NCBI GenBank assembly: GCA_031409275.1
Contig: JANNXA010000022.1
Location: forward strand, 160,001-224,000
From: Planctomycetota bacterium
GTDB lineage: Bacteria > Planctomycetota > B15-G4 > SIAN01
Length of the DNA stretch: 64,000 nucleotides
Direction: 5' to 3'
Position numbers and translations under genes: made by a program. Of this stretch, positions 28,421 through 38,237 are shown in pieces. Position 1 is the stretch's first letter, and the number at the start of each line of letters is the position of its first letter. Under the pieces are notes generated by a model. It saw nothing but the letters and a program-made list of their open reading frames with translations, ran no database searches and was not told the DNA's origin.

Positions 28421-29352
28421 TGCACCTGATGGCGATCCAGAGCGCCCCGCCGGATGACGCCGAGCTCGCGCGGCTGTTGCGCGAGGTGCAGCGCATCGAA
28501 GCGGAAAGCGGTCGCGTGGTGGCGAGCCTGATGTCGGGCGCGTGGGCGTCGCGCTTCCGTGGCCAAGGGCTCGAGTTCGAGGAGGTGCGCGAGTACATCG
28601 CCGGAGATGATCCGCGCGCGGTCGACTGGAACGTGACGGCGCGCTACGGACGGCCGTTCGTGAAGCAGTTCGTCGACGAGCGCGAGCGGACGCTCCTCTT
28701 CCTGCTCGACCGATCGGCCTCGATGGAAGGCAGCACGTGGGCCGGGCGGCCGCGCGTGGCAGCGGCTCGCGTCGTCGCCAGTCTCGCGCTCGCGGCCTGC
28801 GCCAACCACGATCGAAGCGGATTGCTGGCGTTTGGCGCTCGGGTCGATGCCGTCGTGCGCCCGCAAAGTGGTCGCGCGGCCGCGCTGCGGCTGGTGCGTG
28901 ACACGCTGGCCTTGCCCGCCGAGCGTGGCGCCGCGGCACTGCCGTCGGCGCTCGCGCTCGCCACGGCACGCTTCCGGCCGGGCGCGATCGTCGTGCTCTT
29001 GTCGGATTTCGCGGACGAGGGCTGGCGCGATGCCGCCGCGCGCTGCTCGCAGCGCCACGACGTGGTCGCCGTGCGTCTCGCCGCCGATGAGTTGCCGCCG
29101 GCCGCCGCGGGTCTCGTCGAGCTTTGCGATCCCGAGTCCGGCCGGCGTGAAGTCGTCGACTGCGCGAGTGCGCGAGTGCGAGCCGCGGCGCAGTCGCGCT
29201 CGCTGGCCGCCCGCGAGCAGTGGCACGCGTTGGCGCGGCAGGCGGGCGTCGATCGACTCGAACTGCCGGTCGCGCCAGGCACGGCGCACGCGCTCTCGGC
29301 ACGGCTGTACGGCTTCTTCATGGGGCGCTCGGTGCGGACCTCTCGGCGATGA
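28420..29352 (+). CDS. DUF58 family protein
   Basis: GQGLEFEEVREYIAGDDPRAVDWNVTAR, LDRSASM, LLSDF. Confidence 0.93.
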   Translation: MHLMAIQSAPPDDAELARLLREVQRIEAESGRVVASLMSGAWASRFRGQGLEFEEVREYIAGDDPRAVDWNVTARYGRPFVKQFVDERERTLLFLLDRSASMEGSTWAGRPRVAAARVVASLALAACANHDRSGLLAFGARVDAVVRPQSGRAAALRLVRDTLALPAERGAAALPSALALATARFRPGAIVVLLSDFADEGWRDAAARCSQRHDVVAVRLAADELPPAAAGLVELCDPESGRREVVDCASARVRAAAQSRSLAAREQWHALARQAGVDRLELPVAPGTAHALSARLYGFFMGRSVRTSRR

Positions 29353-30257
29353 GCCCCGCGGCCCTGCTACTCGCTCTCGCGGTGCTGGCGCGCGTGCAGG
29401 GCGAGGTCGCGATCGTGGTCGAAGTGCCGGCGCAACCCGTTGCGCCGGGCGCACCGTTCGAGATCAGCGTGCATCGCGACTGGGATGCGGCGCTCGTCCC
29501 GGCTCCGTTCGAGGAAGGCGCGCTCACCGGCAACGGGCTGGTGGTGCAGCTCCAGGAGGTGATCCGCGGCGGCAGCTCGCTGCGCGTCGAGGAGCACCGT
29601 CGCTATGTCGCGCAGGCGCATTCGCGGCGTCAGATCGCGCTCGATTCGGTGGTCGCGCGCGCCACGAGCAGCGATGGCCGAGTCTCATTCGAGGCGACGG
29701 CGCTGCCGCGAGTGATCGCTCTTGCCCCGACGCTGGCGGCGGACGACGCGTCGCCGCTCGAGTGGCCGGCCGATTTCGCGACTCCGGCCGCGCGCGCGCG
29801 ACGCGACGACTTCCCGAGCCTCGGCTCCTGGATCGTCGCAGCGCTCGCACTCCTCGCGACGCTCGTGGCCTGGTTGGCAGCGCGCGGCCGCGGTGCGGCA
29901 GCGCCGATGGCGGCGGCGCCGATGGCGCGGGGTCGACTCGCGGCCCTGGCGCTCGCGGAAGAGCCGACCCGCGGCGGCGCCGCTCGCCGCGAACTCTGCG
30001 CCGCAATCGCCGACGTGGTTCGCGCCACCCTCGAAGAGGAGCGAGCGATCCCCGCCTCGAGGCGGACGCGCGAAGAGGTGATCGACCTCGCACGATCGGC
30101 CGCGCTGCCGTCCGCAGCGCAGCGCGTCCTCTCGGAGCTGCTCGAACGCGCCGACGCCGCCAAGTTCAAGGCCGCGGCGCCGAGCGAGCCGGAGCGCCTC
30201 GCACTGATCGAACTGGCGCAGCGCTTCCTCGGGCTGCTGCCCGCGGAGCGTCCATGA
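29349..30257 (+). CDS. Bat-operon accessory membrane protein (DUF4381-like)
   Basis: Signal peptide, beta-rich domain, one TM, then RRTREE...ADAAKF; overlaps both neighbours. Confidence 0.65.
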   Translation: MSPAALLLALAVLARVQGEVAIVVEVPAQPVAPGAPFEISVHRDWDAALVPAPFEEGALTGNGLVVQLQEVIRGGSSLRVEEHRRYVAQAHSRRQIALDSVVARATSSDGRVSFEATALPRVIALAPTLAADDASPLEWPADFATPAARARRDDFPSLGSWIVAALALLATLVAWLAARGRGAAAPMAAAPMARGRLAALALAEEPTRGGAARRELCAAIADVVRATLEEERAIPASRRTREEVIDLARSAALPSAAQRVLSELLERADAAKFKAAAPSEPERLALIELAQRFLGLLPAERP

Positions 30258-31231
30258 GCGGCCTCTTCCCGCCGTGGAGCGAGCTGCAGTTCGCGACGCC
30301 GCACGCCGCGTGGCTGCTGCTGCTCGTGGCCGCGCTCTCCTTGCAAGGCGTGGTGAGCCGCCCCACCGCGCTGCCGCGCGCAGCTCCCGCTCTCGTGAAT
30401 GCGATCGCCTTGCCGGGCTCGTGGCGTCGACGTTGCGCCGCGCTGCTGCCATCGCTGAGGTGCGCGGCCTGGCTCCTGCTGGTCCTCGCCGCGATGCGGC
30501 CGGTGCGGCGCGTGGCGCTGCCGCAGTCGATCGAAGGGATCGACATCGTGGTGGCGCTCGATCTCTCGTCGTCGATGGCCGCAGAAGACCTGGCGCCGGG
30601 TGAAACGCGCCTGGCAGTGGCGAAGCGGGCACTCGACGACTTTCTGCGGCGACGACCGGAGGATCGCATCGCTTTGCTCTCGTTCGCGCGCTGGCCTGAC
30701 CTGCTGGTGCCGTTGACCCGCGACCATGCAGCGCTGCGCGCGAAGCTGGAGGCGTTGACGCTCGTCGAGCCGGATGGAGCGGAGGACGCGACCGGAATCG
30801 GGACCGCGCTCGCGCGCGCGCTGCAGTTGCTCGAGAAATCGGCGGCGCGCTCGAAGGTGATCGTGCTGCTGACCGACGGCGTCGAGAACGTGGCGACGGC
30901 GCAGACCCCCGACGAGATCGCTCCGCTGCATGCGGCGCAGCGAGCGGCGCAGTCGGGCGTGCGCATCGACCCGATCGTCGTCGGCCGTGGTGACACCGAT
31001 ACGCGCGAGGTCGAGGCGGTCGCTTCGCGCACCGGCGGGACCTGCTTCACCGCGCGCGATGCCGCGGCGGTCGCAGCCGTCTGCGCCCAGATCGATGGAC
31101 TCGAGCGCACGCGGCTCGAAGCTCCGCGCTGGCACGTCGAGGAGTGGTTCGCTCCGTTCGTGGCGGTCGCATTGGCGCTGCTGCTGGCCGCTCGCGCGAT
31201 GGCGGCGTCGGGTCTCGAGGTGTTGCGATGA
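30254..31231 (+). CDS. VWA domain protein, BatA-like
   Basis: N-terminal FATPHAAWLLLL, LAAMRP, MIDAS DLSSSM, TGIGTAL, LLTDG. Confidence 0.88.
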   Translation: MSGLFPPWSELQFATPHAAWLLLLVAALSLQGVVSRPTALPRAAPALVNAIALPGSWRRRCAALLPSLRCAAWLLLVLAAMRPVRRVALPQSIEGIDIVVALDLSSSMAAEDLAPGETRLAVAKRALDDFLRRRPEDRIALLSFARWPDLLVPLTRDHAALRAKLEALTLVEPDGAEDATGIGTALARALQLLEKSAARSKVIVLLTDGVENVATAQTPDEIAPLHAAQRAAQSGVRIDPIVVGRGDTDTREVEAVASRTGGTCFTARDAAAVAAVCAQIDGLERTRLEAPRWHVEEWFAPFVAVALALLLAARAMAASGLEVLR

Positions 31232-32958
31232 GCGCGAGCGAGCTGCTGCTTTCGCCCCAATCGTGGCCACTGCCGCTGGCGGTCGGAGTGGTCGGCTGGC
31301 TGCTCGAAGTGGCGGAGCGCCGGCGCGAAGCGCGTCGGTGCGCGGCGCTCGGCGAAGCGCCTCCCACGCGACGTCGCGGCCTCGCCACGCTGGCGATGGT
31401 GCTGGCGGCGTCGGCGTTCCTCGAACCCGCCCGCGGTCAGGGCGAAGCTCCCCTATCGGCGCGTCCCGACCTCGTCGTCTGCCTCGATGTTTCGCGATCG
31501 ATGCTGGCGACGGACGCCTCCCCGAGCCGGCTCGCGGCGGCCCAGGCCGCATTGGTGAAGATGGCGACAGCGGGGCAAGGCGAGCGCCTGGCGCTGGTCC
31601 TTTTCGCGGGGGTGGCGCAGCTGGCCGTACCGCTCACCGACGATGCCGCTGCATTCGCCGAGCAGGTGGAGGTGGCGAGCCCCGATCGGGTCGCGCGCGG
31701 CGGCAGCGACCTCGCGGCCGCGATCGACGTCGCGCTCGTGGCGCTGCGCGCCGCGGAGTCGCGCGGCGGCGCGATCGTGCTGCTCACCGATGGCGAGGAT
31801 CTCTCGCGCGCGGTCGCCGTCGCCGACGCCGCGCAACGCTGTCGCGAACGCGGAGTGGTCCTCCATGCGGTCGGTTTTGGTTCGCCTGAAGGGCGCAAGA
31901 TCGCGCTGCCCACTGCGCAAGGAGAGCGCTTCCTCGTTGACCGCGAGGGACGCGAAGTGATCTCGCGGCTCGATGAGCCGGGGCTGGCGTGGCTCGCGGA
32001 GGCGACCGGCGGGAGCTACGTCGCGGCGAGGGAAACGGACGCGCCGCTCGACGCCATCGTCTCGAAGATCCGCCGTTCGTCGCCACCGCGGTTCGACGCC
32101 TCGGCGGCTGCGGTGCGGCCGCTGTTCCAGTGGTTGCTGGTCGCCGCGCTGCTGCTCGGGACGATCGACGAAGCGGCGAAGAGGATGCGCCGCAAGCGGG
32201 CCGTGGCCGTTGGCCGAGCGGGATCCTATCTGGTCGCGCTGATCGCGCTGGTGACGAGTTCGATGGTGGCATGCGCGCCGCAGCAACGCGTGACCTCGCT
32301 GCCCGGTGACGATCTCGCGACCGCGGCCAGCGAGTGGCGTGCGGCGCTCGCGGCCGAGGTGGCGGGAGATGCCGAGGCCGCCGCGTCTCACGCGGAACTC
32401 GCCGCGATGCGTGGCGCAGCGGTCTACCGCGACGACGCGCGTTTCCTGATCGCCGCGCTCGACTTCCGGCGCGGCGAAGCGCTTTCGAGACGGGCGTTGG
32501 CGCCTCATCACGATCTCGAAGCGGCCCGCGCCGGCCGCGAGGCGTTGGTCGCCGCGCTCGCCGACTTCGCCGCGTTGGCCGCCACCGATTCCGAGGTGGC
32601 GCGCCGCAACGTCGAGCGTTGCCTGCTGCGCATCGAGGCGCTCGACCGCCTGCTGGTGCCGCCGGTCGAACCGCCGCTGGTCGACGAGACGCGTCGCCTC
32701 GCTGCGCCGGTGGCTCTGGACTCCACCACTGCCCTCGATCCGACCGCACCGCCCGACGAGCCGAGCGCCGAGCTCGCCGCCGATGAGATCGTCGATCCGG
32801 TCGAGCCGCCATCGCCATTGCCGCCGCAACTCGCCGAGCTCGATCCGGTCGCGTTGGCGCAGTTGTTCGAGCGGCTGGCGGAGAAGGAGGCGGCGAAGCG
32901 CGCCGCGCGCTCGGAACAGCGCGCACGCCAGAACGCCGACGTGGAGCGCGACTGGTGA
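31228..32958 (+). CDS. VWA domain protein, BatB-like, with a BatC-like TPR/acidic C-terminus
   Basis: MIDAS DVSRSM, PSRL, GGSDL, LLTDGED, SRLDE; ARRNVE and terminal VERDW as in BatC. Confidence 0.85.
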   Translation: MSASELLLSPQSWPLPLAVGVVGWLLEVAERRREARRCAALGEAPPTRRRGLATLAMVLAASAFLEPARGQGEAPLSARPDLVVCLDVSRSMLATDASPSRLAAAQAALVKMATAGQGERLALVLFAGVAQLAVPLTDDAAAFAEQVEVASPDRVARGGSDLAAAIDVALVALRAAESRGGAIVLLTDGEDLSRAVAVADAAQRCRERGVVLHAVGFGSPEGRKIALPTAQGERFLVDREGREVISRLDEPGLAWLAEATGGSYVAARETDAPLDAIVSKIRRSSPPRFDASAAAVRPLFQWLLVAALLLGTIDEAAKRMRRKRAVAVGRAGSYLVALIALVTSSMVACAPQQRVTSLPGDDLATAASEWRAALAAEVAGDAEAAASHAELAAMRGAAVYRDDARFLIAALDFRRGEALSRRALAPHHDLEAARAGREALVAALADFAALAATDSEVARRNVERCLLRIEALDRLLVPPVEPPLVDETRRLAAPVALDSTTALDPTAPPDEPSAELAADEIVDPVEPPSPLPPQLAELDPVALAQLFERLAEKEAAKRAARSEQRARQNADVERDW

Positions 32959-34508
32959 CCCTGCTCTCGCTGCTCCTGGGGTGCGTGCTCTTCGCGGTCG
33001 ACGACGAAGTACCGCTCGCGGCGCGCTTCGTCGTCGCCCGCGAAGTGGCTTTCGTCGGCGAACCGATCGAGGTGAGCCTGCGCCTCGAATGGGATGAGCG
33101 CTGGTTTGCAGCGCGCGCGCTTCAGCCATTCCTGCAGCCGCTCGACTTGCCGCTCGAAGCGGAGGTGGCGGCGTTGAGCATTCGCCCTGACGCGTTGGCG
33201 CGGCCGGGACGCTGGCGCACCGCGTCTTCGAAAGCCGCGTCGTCCTCTCGAACGCTCGTCATGAACGGCGAACGGATCGCCGTCGAGCTGGCCGGCGCGC
33301 CCGACGCGGAAGGCCGCGTTGCGGTCGAGCTGGCGCGCACCTTCCTGCCCACGCAGGCGGGACGCTTCGTTCTTCCCGCAGCGACGCTGCGTTTCGCCAC
33401 TGCGTCGCGCTTCGACGTCGACCTGCTTGGGAGTCGGATCGCGCTCGACCGGCAAGAGCGGACGCTCGTCGTCGATGCGCGCGTGATCGAGGTGATCGAG
33501 CCTCCGGCGGAAGGCCGCCCCGCCGCCTTCGCCGGCGCGATCGGGCGCTTCCGCGTGACGGCGAGCGCGACGTCGCTCGACGTCGAGGCCGGTGCGACCC
33601 TGCGCTGCACGGTTCGCGTCGAGGGCGAAGGCAATTTCGAGCGGATCGCCGCCCCGCGCTTCGAGGCGACGGGATTCGCGTTGCTGGGCACGCTGGCGCG
33701 TGTGAGCGAGAGCGGCGTCGAGTTCCACTACGACGTTGCCGCGGCGCAGCCCGGCGCGTGGCGCTTGCCCGCGTTCGAGCTCGTCGCGCTCGATCCAGGA
33801 CCGCCGGCGACCTACGTCGAGCTCGCGACCGACGCGATTCCGGTGACGGTGCGCGCCACCGCTGCAAGCGAGGCGGCCGCTGCCGCCGCGACCGAAGCCG
33901 CGAAGCTCCGGGACCAGGCGCGCGCAGAGCTCGCGCTGCTCGCTCCGTTGCGCGCCGTCGAGCGCGGCGAGGGGCTCTACTCGAGCGTCGTTGAGCGGAC
34001 CGATCTTGGCTTGCGTGCATGCCGCGACGGCGACTTCGCCGCGGCCGAGCAGTGGTTCCGTGCCGCGCTCGCCGAAGCGGACACGGCGGCGCCGGCGCTG
34101 CGCTTCAATCTCGGCCACGCCCGCTTCGCGCGCGGCGACGTGGTCGGCGCGCTGTGCGAGTGGCTGCAGGCGGCGCCAGCGTTGGCCGGCGACTCCGGAC
34201 TCGACGCGAACGTGGCATTGGCCGCCGCGCGACTCGATCTGCCGGCGCCGACGCGCGAGCGATTGGCGGCGCGAGTACGCGACGGCGGCGTCGGCCGCGG
34301 CAGTCAGGCGCTCGTGGTGACGCCAACGGCGCTGCTCGCGGAGCCGACGGCGAAAGCGGCGACCGCCGCGCAAGGCAACTTGCTGCCCCCCGGCACGCTG
34401 CTCACGCTGCTGGCACAGGGGGTGCGCTACGTCGAGGTGAGTGACGGTGCCGCGCGCGGCTTCGTCCCGCGCGCGGCCATCACGCTGCTCGATCCCTCTC
34501 GCGAGTGA
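32955..34508 (+). CDS. BatD-like protein with a BatE-like TPR and SH3 C-terminus
   Basis: FVGEPI, PPAEGRPAAFAGAIGRF, VEGEGN; TPR ALRFNLGHA; SH3-like GARGFVPRAAI. Confidence 0.75.
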   Translation: MTLLSLLLGCVLFAVDDEVPLAARFVVAREVAFVGEPIEVSLRLEWDERWFAARALQPFLQPLDLPLEAEVAALSIRPDALARPGRWRTASSKAASSSRTLVMNGERIAVELAGAPDAEGRVAVELARTFLPTQAGRFVLPAATLRFATASRFDVDLLGSRIALDRQERTLVVDARVIEVIEPPAEGRPAAFAGAIGRFRVTASATSLDVEAGATLRCTVRVEGEGNFERIAAPRFEATGFALLGTLARVSESGVEFHYDVAAAQPGAWRLPAFELVALDPGPPATYVELATDAIPVTVRATAASEAAAAAATEAAKLRDQARAELALLAPLRAVERGEGLYSSVVERTDLGLRACRDGDFAAAEQWFRAALAEADTAAPALRFNLGHARFARGDVVGALCEWLQAAPALAGDSGLDANVALAAARLDLPAPTRERLAARVRDGGVGRGSQALVVTPTALLAEPTAKAATAAQGNLLPPGTLLTLLAQGVRYVEVSDGAARGFVPRAAITLLDPSRE

Positions 34509-34523
34509 CGCGAACGCGGCGGC

Positions 34524-35402
34524 TCACACGTCGCAGAGGTCGATCGCCTCGCGCAGCGAGGTCATCGCATCGCGGCGCGGGATGAACTCCTGCCCCATCC
34601 AACCCTTGAAGCCCGTCTCGACGATGGCGCGGCAGATCGCCGGGTAGTGGAGCTCCTGGGTGTCGTCGATCTCATTGCGTCCCGGCACGCCGGCGGTGTG
34701 GTAGTGGCCGATCGAGGCGTGGTGGTCCTTGATGGTGTGGATCACGTCGCCTTCCATGATCTGCGCGTGATAGATGTCGTAGAGGATCTTCATGCGATCG
34801 CTGCCGACGCCCTGCACGATGTCGAGCCCGTAGCGCATGCGATCGAAGGCGTAGTCGCCGTGGTCGACTTTGCTGTTCAGGATCTCCATCACCAGCGTCA
34901 CGCCGTGCTTCTCGGCGAGCGGCGCGACGCGGCGCAGGCCGGCAATGCAGTTGGCGATCCCTTCGGAGTCGGGCTGCCCGCGCTTGTTGCCCGAGAAGAT
35001 CACGATCGACGGGACGCCCGCCTCGGCGCACTTGGGGATCAGCGACTCGGACTGCGCGACCAGCTCGTCGTGCTTCTCTTTGCGGTTCCACGCATCGCCG
35101 ATCGAACCGATCCCGATGGCCACCGCGCAGGTCAGGCCGTGCTTCTTCACCGTCGCCCAATCGTCGGGGCCGAGGATCTCGACCGAGCCGATGCCCATCG
35201 CGGCGGAGTTTCGCGCCAGCTCGTCGAGTTCCATCCCGCCGAAGCACCAGCGCGCCACCGAGTGGTGCAAGCGGTTGCGGCGCGCGGTGGGCGGCGTCGC
35301 CGTATTCACCATGTCCTGCGCGCGGGCGCGCGGCGTCAGCAGATTCGAAGAGGCGAGCGCGAGCGAGGCGCTCGAAAGCTTGAGGAAGTCACGGCGATCC
35401 AT
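34524..35402 (-). CDS. Hydroxypyruvate isomerase family (TIM barrel) protein with a Tat signal
   Basis: MDRRDFLK; EILNSKVDH, LYDIYHAQIMEGD, HYHTAGVPGRNE, GQEFIP; RBS AAGGAG. Confidence 0.9.
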   Translation of the reverse strand: MDRRDFLKLSSASLALASSNLLTPRARAQDMVNTATPPTARRNRLHHSVARWCFGGMELDELARNSAAMGIGSVEILGPDDWATVKKHGLTCAVAIGIGSIGDAWNRKEKHDELVAQSESLIPKCAEAGVPSIVIFSGNKRGQPDSEGIANCIAGLRRVAPLAEKHGVTLVMEILNSKVDHGDYAFDRMRYGLDIVQGVGSDRMKILYDIYHAQIMEGDVIHTIKDHHASIGHYHTAGVPGRNEIDDTQELHYPAICRAIVETGFKGWMGQEFIPRRDAMTSLREAIDLCDV

Positions 35403-35493
35403 GGCGTCTCCTTGACGGGCCGAAGGTCGGCGAAGGAGGCGCATCGTAGTGCCGCCGCGACGAGGACGCGATGCGCCTCGTCGCGCGGCGCCG

Positions 35494-35958
35494 TCACTTC
35501 TTCTTGGGCGGGACCGGCTTGGGGCCGAAGCGCGGGTTGCCGGCCGCCAGCGCGGTCGGAACGGCGATGGACGCGGAGACCTGGTGGAACTCGCTGTCGG
35601 TCGCGGTCACCTTCAGGCTGGTCGCGTTCCCAGGCATCTTCGTGAAGCAGAGCTGCTTGCCGTTGGTCACGTCGCTGGACGACAGCCCCTTCTTGCCGAC
35701 CAGCCAGAGGGTGATCTGGAGCGGGTTCTTGAAGATGACGTTGCCATCGACGGTGTACTCGTAGGAGTACCCGAGCAGGTCGGCCGCGCCGTCGGGATCG
35801 ACGATGTTGAAGCAGAGCGCCGGCTTCCCGTTCACCGTCGTCGAAGAGGCGGTCACCGTCGGCGGGGAGTTCGGGGTGTCGTCATCGCCGCGCGCGGCAG
35901 CTCCGAGCGAGAGCAGCCCCAGGGTGGTCACGGCGGAGAGGATCTTCTTGCCAGTCAT
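35494..35958 (-). CDS. Hypothetical small secreted beta-rich (Ig-like) protein
   Basis: Signal peptide MTGKKILSAVTTLGLLSLGAAARG; NSPPTV, DPDG, VTATD; codon and amino-acid usage look coding. Confidence 0.7.
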   Translation of the reverse strand: MTGKKILSAVTTLGLLSLGAAARGDDDTPNSPPTVTASSTTVNGKPALCFNIVDPDGAADLLGYSYEYTVDGNVIFKNPLQITLWLVGKKGLSSSDVTNGKQLCFTKMPGNATSLKVTATDSEFHQVSASIAVPTALAAGNPRFGPKPVPPKKK

Positions 35959-35965
35959 GGCGGTT

Positions 35966-36014
35966 TCCCTTGCCCGAGGACGGTTTCGTGTCACCCGCAA
36001 GCGCGGGCAAGGGA
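35966..36014 (-). promoter_or_regulatory. 11-bp perfect inverted repeat covering the RBS of the 35958 gene
   Basis: tcccttgcccg (35966-35976) and cgggcaaggga (36004-36014), 27-nt loop. Confidence 0.45.
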
Positions 36015-36092
36015 TTGCATCGGAACGAGAGCGGCTCACTTGAAGCGCGCGCTGGACGAATTCAGTCGGTCGCTTTTTTCCGCAGCCGCGGA

Positions 36093-36524
36093 TCAGCCGC
36101 TCGCCTTCGCGCAGTGGCGGTCGAAGGCGGCGATCAGGTTGCGCGCGACGTCCTGCGGGCCGCGCCCCTCGATCTCCTGGCGCGCCACGTAGTGAACCAC
36201 CTTGCCGTCTTTCAGCAGCGCCATCGAGGGCGAGCTCGGCGGCAACGGCTTGAAGTGGTCGCGGGCGCGCGCGGTGGCCTCGGCGTCCTGGCCCGCGAAG
36301 ACAGTCGTGATCGCATCGGGGAGCGTCGAGTGGCTCAGCGCGAGCGCGATGCCGGGGCGAGCCGTGCCGCCGGCGCAGCCGCACACCGAGTTCACGATGA
36401 GGAGCGTCGTCCCGGGTCGCTTGACCGCGGCGTCGACCTCGGCTGCGCTGCGCAGCTCCTTCACTCCAAGACGGGTCAGCTCGGCGCGCAAAGGCGCCAC
36501 GAGCGCTTCTTCGTACATCGGCAT
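36093..36524 (-). CDS. BrxA/BrxB family bacilliredoxin (YphP/DUF1094)
   Basis: NSVCGCAGGTARPG, TVFAGQD.EAT, PPSSPSMALLKDG, IEGR. Confidence 0.93.
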   Translation of the reverse strand: MPMYEEALVAPLRAELTRLGVKELRSAAEVDAAVKRPGTTLLIVNSVCGCAGGTARPGIALALSHSTLPDAITTVFAGQDAEATARARDHFKPLPPSSPSMALLKDGKVVHYVARQEIEGRGPQDVARNLIAAFDRHCAKASG

Positions 36525-36560
36525 GGTCAAAAAGTCCTCGCGCGGCGGGCCAACGTCGGC

Positions 36561-38237
36561 TCACGGTTGCGCGAGGCGATGGTAGCGACCGCCTGGCAGC
36601 GGACCGTGGTGGGTCGTGCGACCGTCGGGCCAGCGCACGGTCACCTGCTCGGCCGCGCCCGCGTCGCGCAGCGCGAAGAGCAGGCGCGTGTCGTGGAAAG
36701 CGCCGTAGCTCGAAGTGCCTCGAACCTCCTCGACCTCGCGATGGCCCGCCGCTTCGACGGTGATGCGCGCCCCGATCGCCTGGCGGTTGCTGCCACGGCC
36801 GGCGAGTTCGAGGCCGATCCAGGCCGGGCCGTCGGCGCCGACGCGCGTCCGGTTCTCGAGCAGCGCCGGGCCGCGCTCCCAATGGGCGACCACGGCGTCG
36901 AGGTCGCCGTCGTTGTCGAGGTCCCCCACGGCGAGCCCGCGTCCGACGTAGCGCCCGGCGAAGTAGTCGCCGGCGACGTCGTTGCGCGGCGCGAATCGGC
37001 CGCCGCCCTCGTTTCGGTAGTAGTGCGGTGGCTGACGAAACGTCTGCGCCGGTTCGAGCAGGTGGATGTTGTCGCAGACGTGACCGTTGGCGATCAGGAC
37101 GTCCGGGTCGCCATCGAGATCGGCATCGAAGAACTCGCAGCCGAACCCGACCCATAGGAACGAAGGCGGGCCGAGCCCGCTCGACTCGCTGCGATCCTCG
37201 AAGGTGCCGTCGCCGAGGTTGCGATAGAGGGTGTTCTGCTCGAAGTCGAGGTTGGTGACCAGCAGGTCGAAGTCGCCGTCAGCATCGACGTCGCCGAAGT
37301 CGCAGCCCATCGCCGCCGTGGAAAGCCCCGAGCGATCGACGGCGACGAACGCCTCGGCCGCGACGTCGCGGAAGCGTCCGGCCCCGTCGTTGCGCCACAG
37401 GAAGTTGGGCGTCGAGTCGTTCGCGACGAACCAGTCGACATCGCCATCGCCGTCGTAGTCGCAGAGCACGCTGCCGAGTCCAGCGCCGCCGCACCCAGCG
37501 ATGCCGGCCTGCGCGCTGATGTCGACGAGGCGGCCGTCGTCGTTTCGATAGAGGACGTCATCGGCGGGCGGGAACTCGTCGGGGTGGCAGAAGCTGCGGT
37601 ACTCCTCGCCGCGATCGAGCGGACCGCAGCCGCGGTGGTCGTAGTCCTCATGGACATAGTTCACGACGTAGAGGTCGAGGTCGCGGTCGCCATCGAAGTC
37701 GAGGAAGGTCGCCGCGGTCGACCAGGCGCCGCTAGCGCCGCCCCACTGCGCGGTCGCATCGACGAAGCGGCCGCCGTCGTTGCGCAGGAAGCGATTGGCT
37801 CCGACGTTGCACAAGTAGAGGTCGGGGTCGCCGTCGCCGTCGAAATCGGGACAGGCCGCCGCGTAGGTGTAGCCGTCGAGCCCGATCCCCCCATCGGAGA
37901 CCCCGCTCGCGTCGGTGACGTCGCTGAAGCGCCAGAAACCGTCGTTGCGGAAGAGGCGATCGCGGAAGTCGCTGTCGCCGCGGTAGCCAGGTAGCGCCGC
38001 TCCCTGCGGCAGGAAGAGATCGAGGTCGCCGTCGCTGTCGTAGTCGAGGAGCGCGACGCCGCCGCCGGTGATCTCCGTGAGGTGCTTCTTGCCGCTGCCG
38101 CCCCACTGCGGAACGAAGTCGACCGCGCCGAGATGCTCGACGAAGAGCGGCGGCTTCGATGCGCTCGGCGCCGGCGCGTCGCCGCAACGAGCGGCGACGA
38201 GCAGCACGACCGCGAGGCGCCTCAAGAGCCGCTCCAC
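36561..38237 (-). CDS. CRTAC1 family protein (FG-GAP/VCBS repeats + ASPIC/UnbV)
   Basis: GGGVALLDYDSDGDLDL, many DxDxDG repeats, GRGLAVGDLDNDGDLD, SNRQAIGARI, VRWPDG. Confidence 0.9.
   Translation of the reverse strand: MERLLRRLAVVLLVAARCGDAPAPSASKPPLFVEHLGAVDFVPQWGGSGKKHLTEITGGGVALLDYDSDGDLDLFLPQGAALPGYRGDSDFRDRLFRNDGFWRFSDVTDASGVSDGGIGLDGYTYAAACPDFDGDGDPDLYLCNVGANRFLRNDGGRFVDATAQWGGASGAWSTAATFLDFDGDRDLDLYVVNYVHEDYDHRGCGPLDRGEEYRSFCHPDEFPPADDVLYRNDDGRLVDISAQAGIAGCGGAGLGSVLCDYDGDGDVDWFVANDSTPNFLWRNDGAGRFRDVAAEAFVAVDRSGLSTAAMGCDFGDVDADGDFDLLVTNLDFEQNTLYRNLGDGTFEDRSESSGLGPPSFLWVGFGCEFFDADLDGDPDVLIANGHVCDNIHLLEPAQTFRQPPHYYRNEGGGRFAPRNDVAGDYFAGRYVGRGLAVGDLDNDGDLDAVVAHWERGPALLENRTRVGADGPAWIGLELAGRGSNRQAIGARITVEAAGHREVEEVRGTSSYGAFHDTRLLFALRDAGAAEQVTVRWPDGRTTHHGPLPGGRYHRLAQP

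Noticed and set aside
36070..36093. Short hairpin with a T/A run after the brx gene as a terminator
   Set aside because: On the coding (minus) strand the hairpin is followed by A residues, not U, and the stem is only 5 bp.
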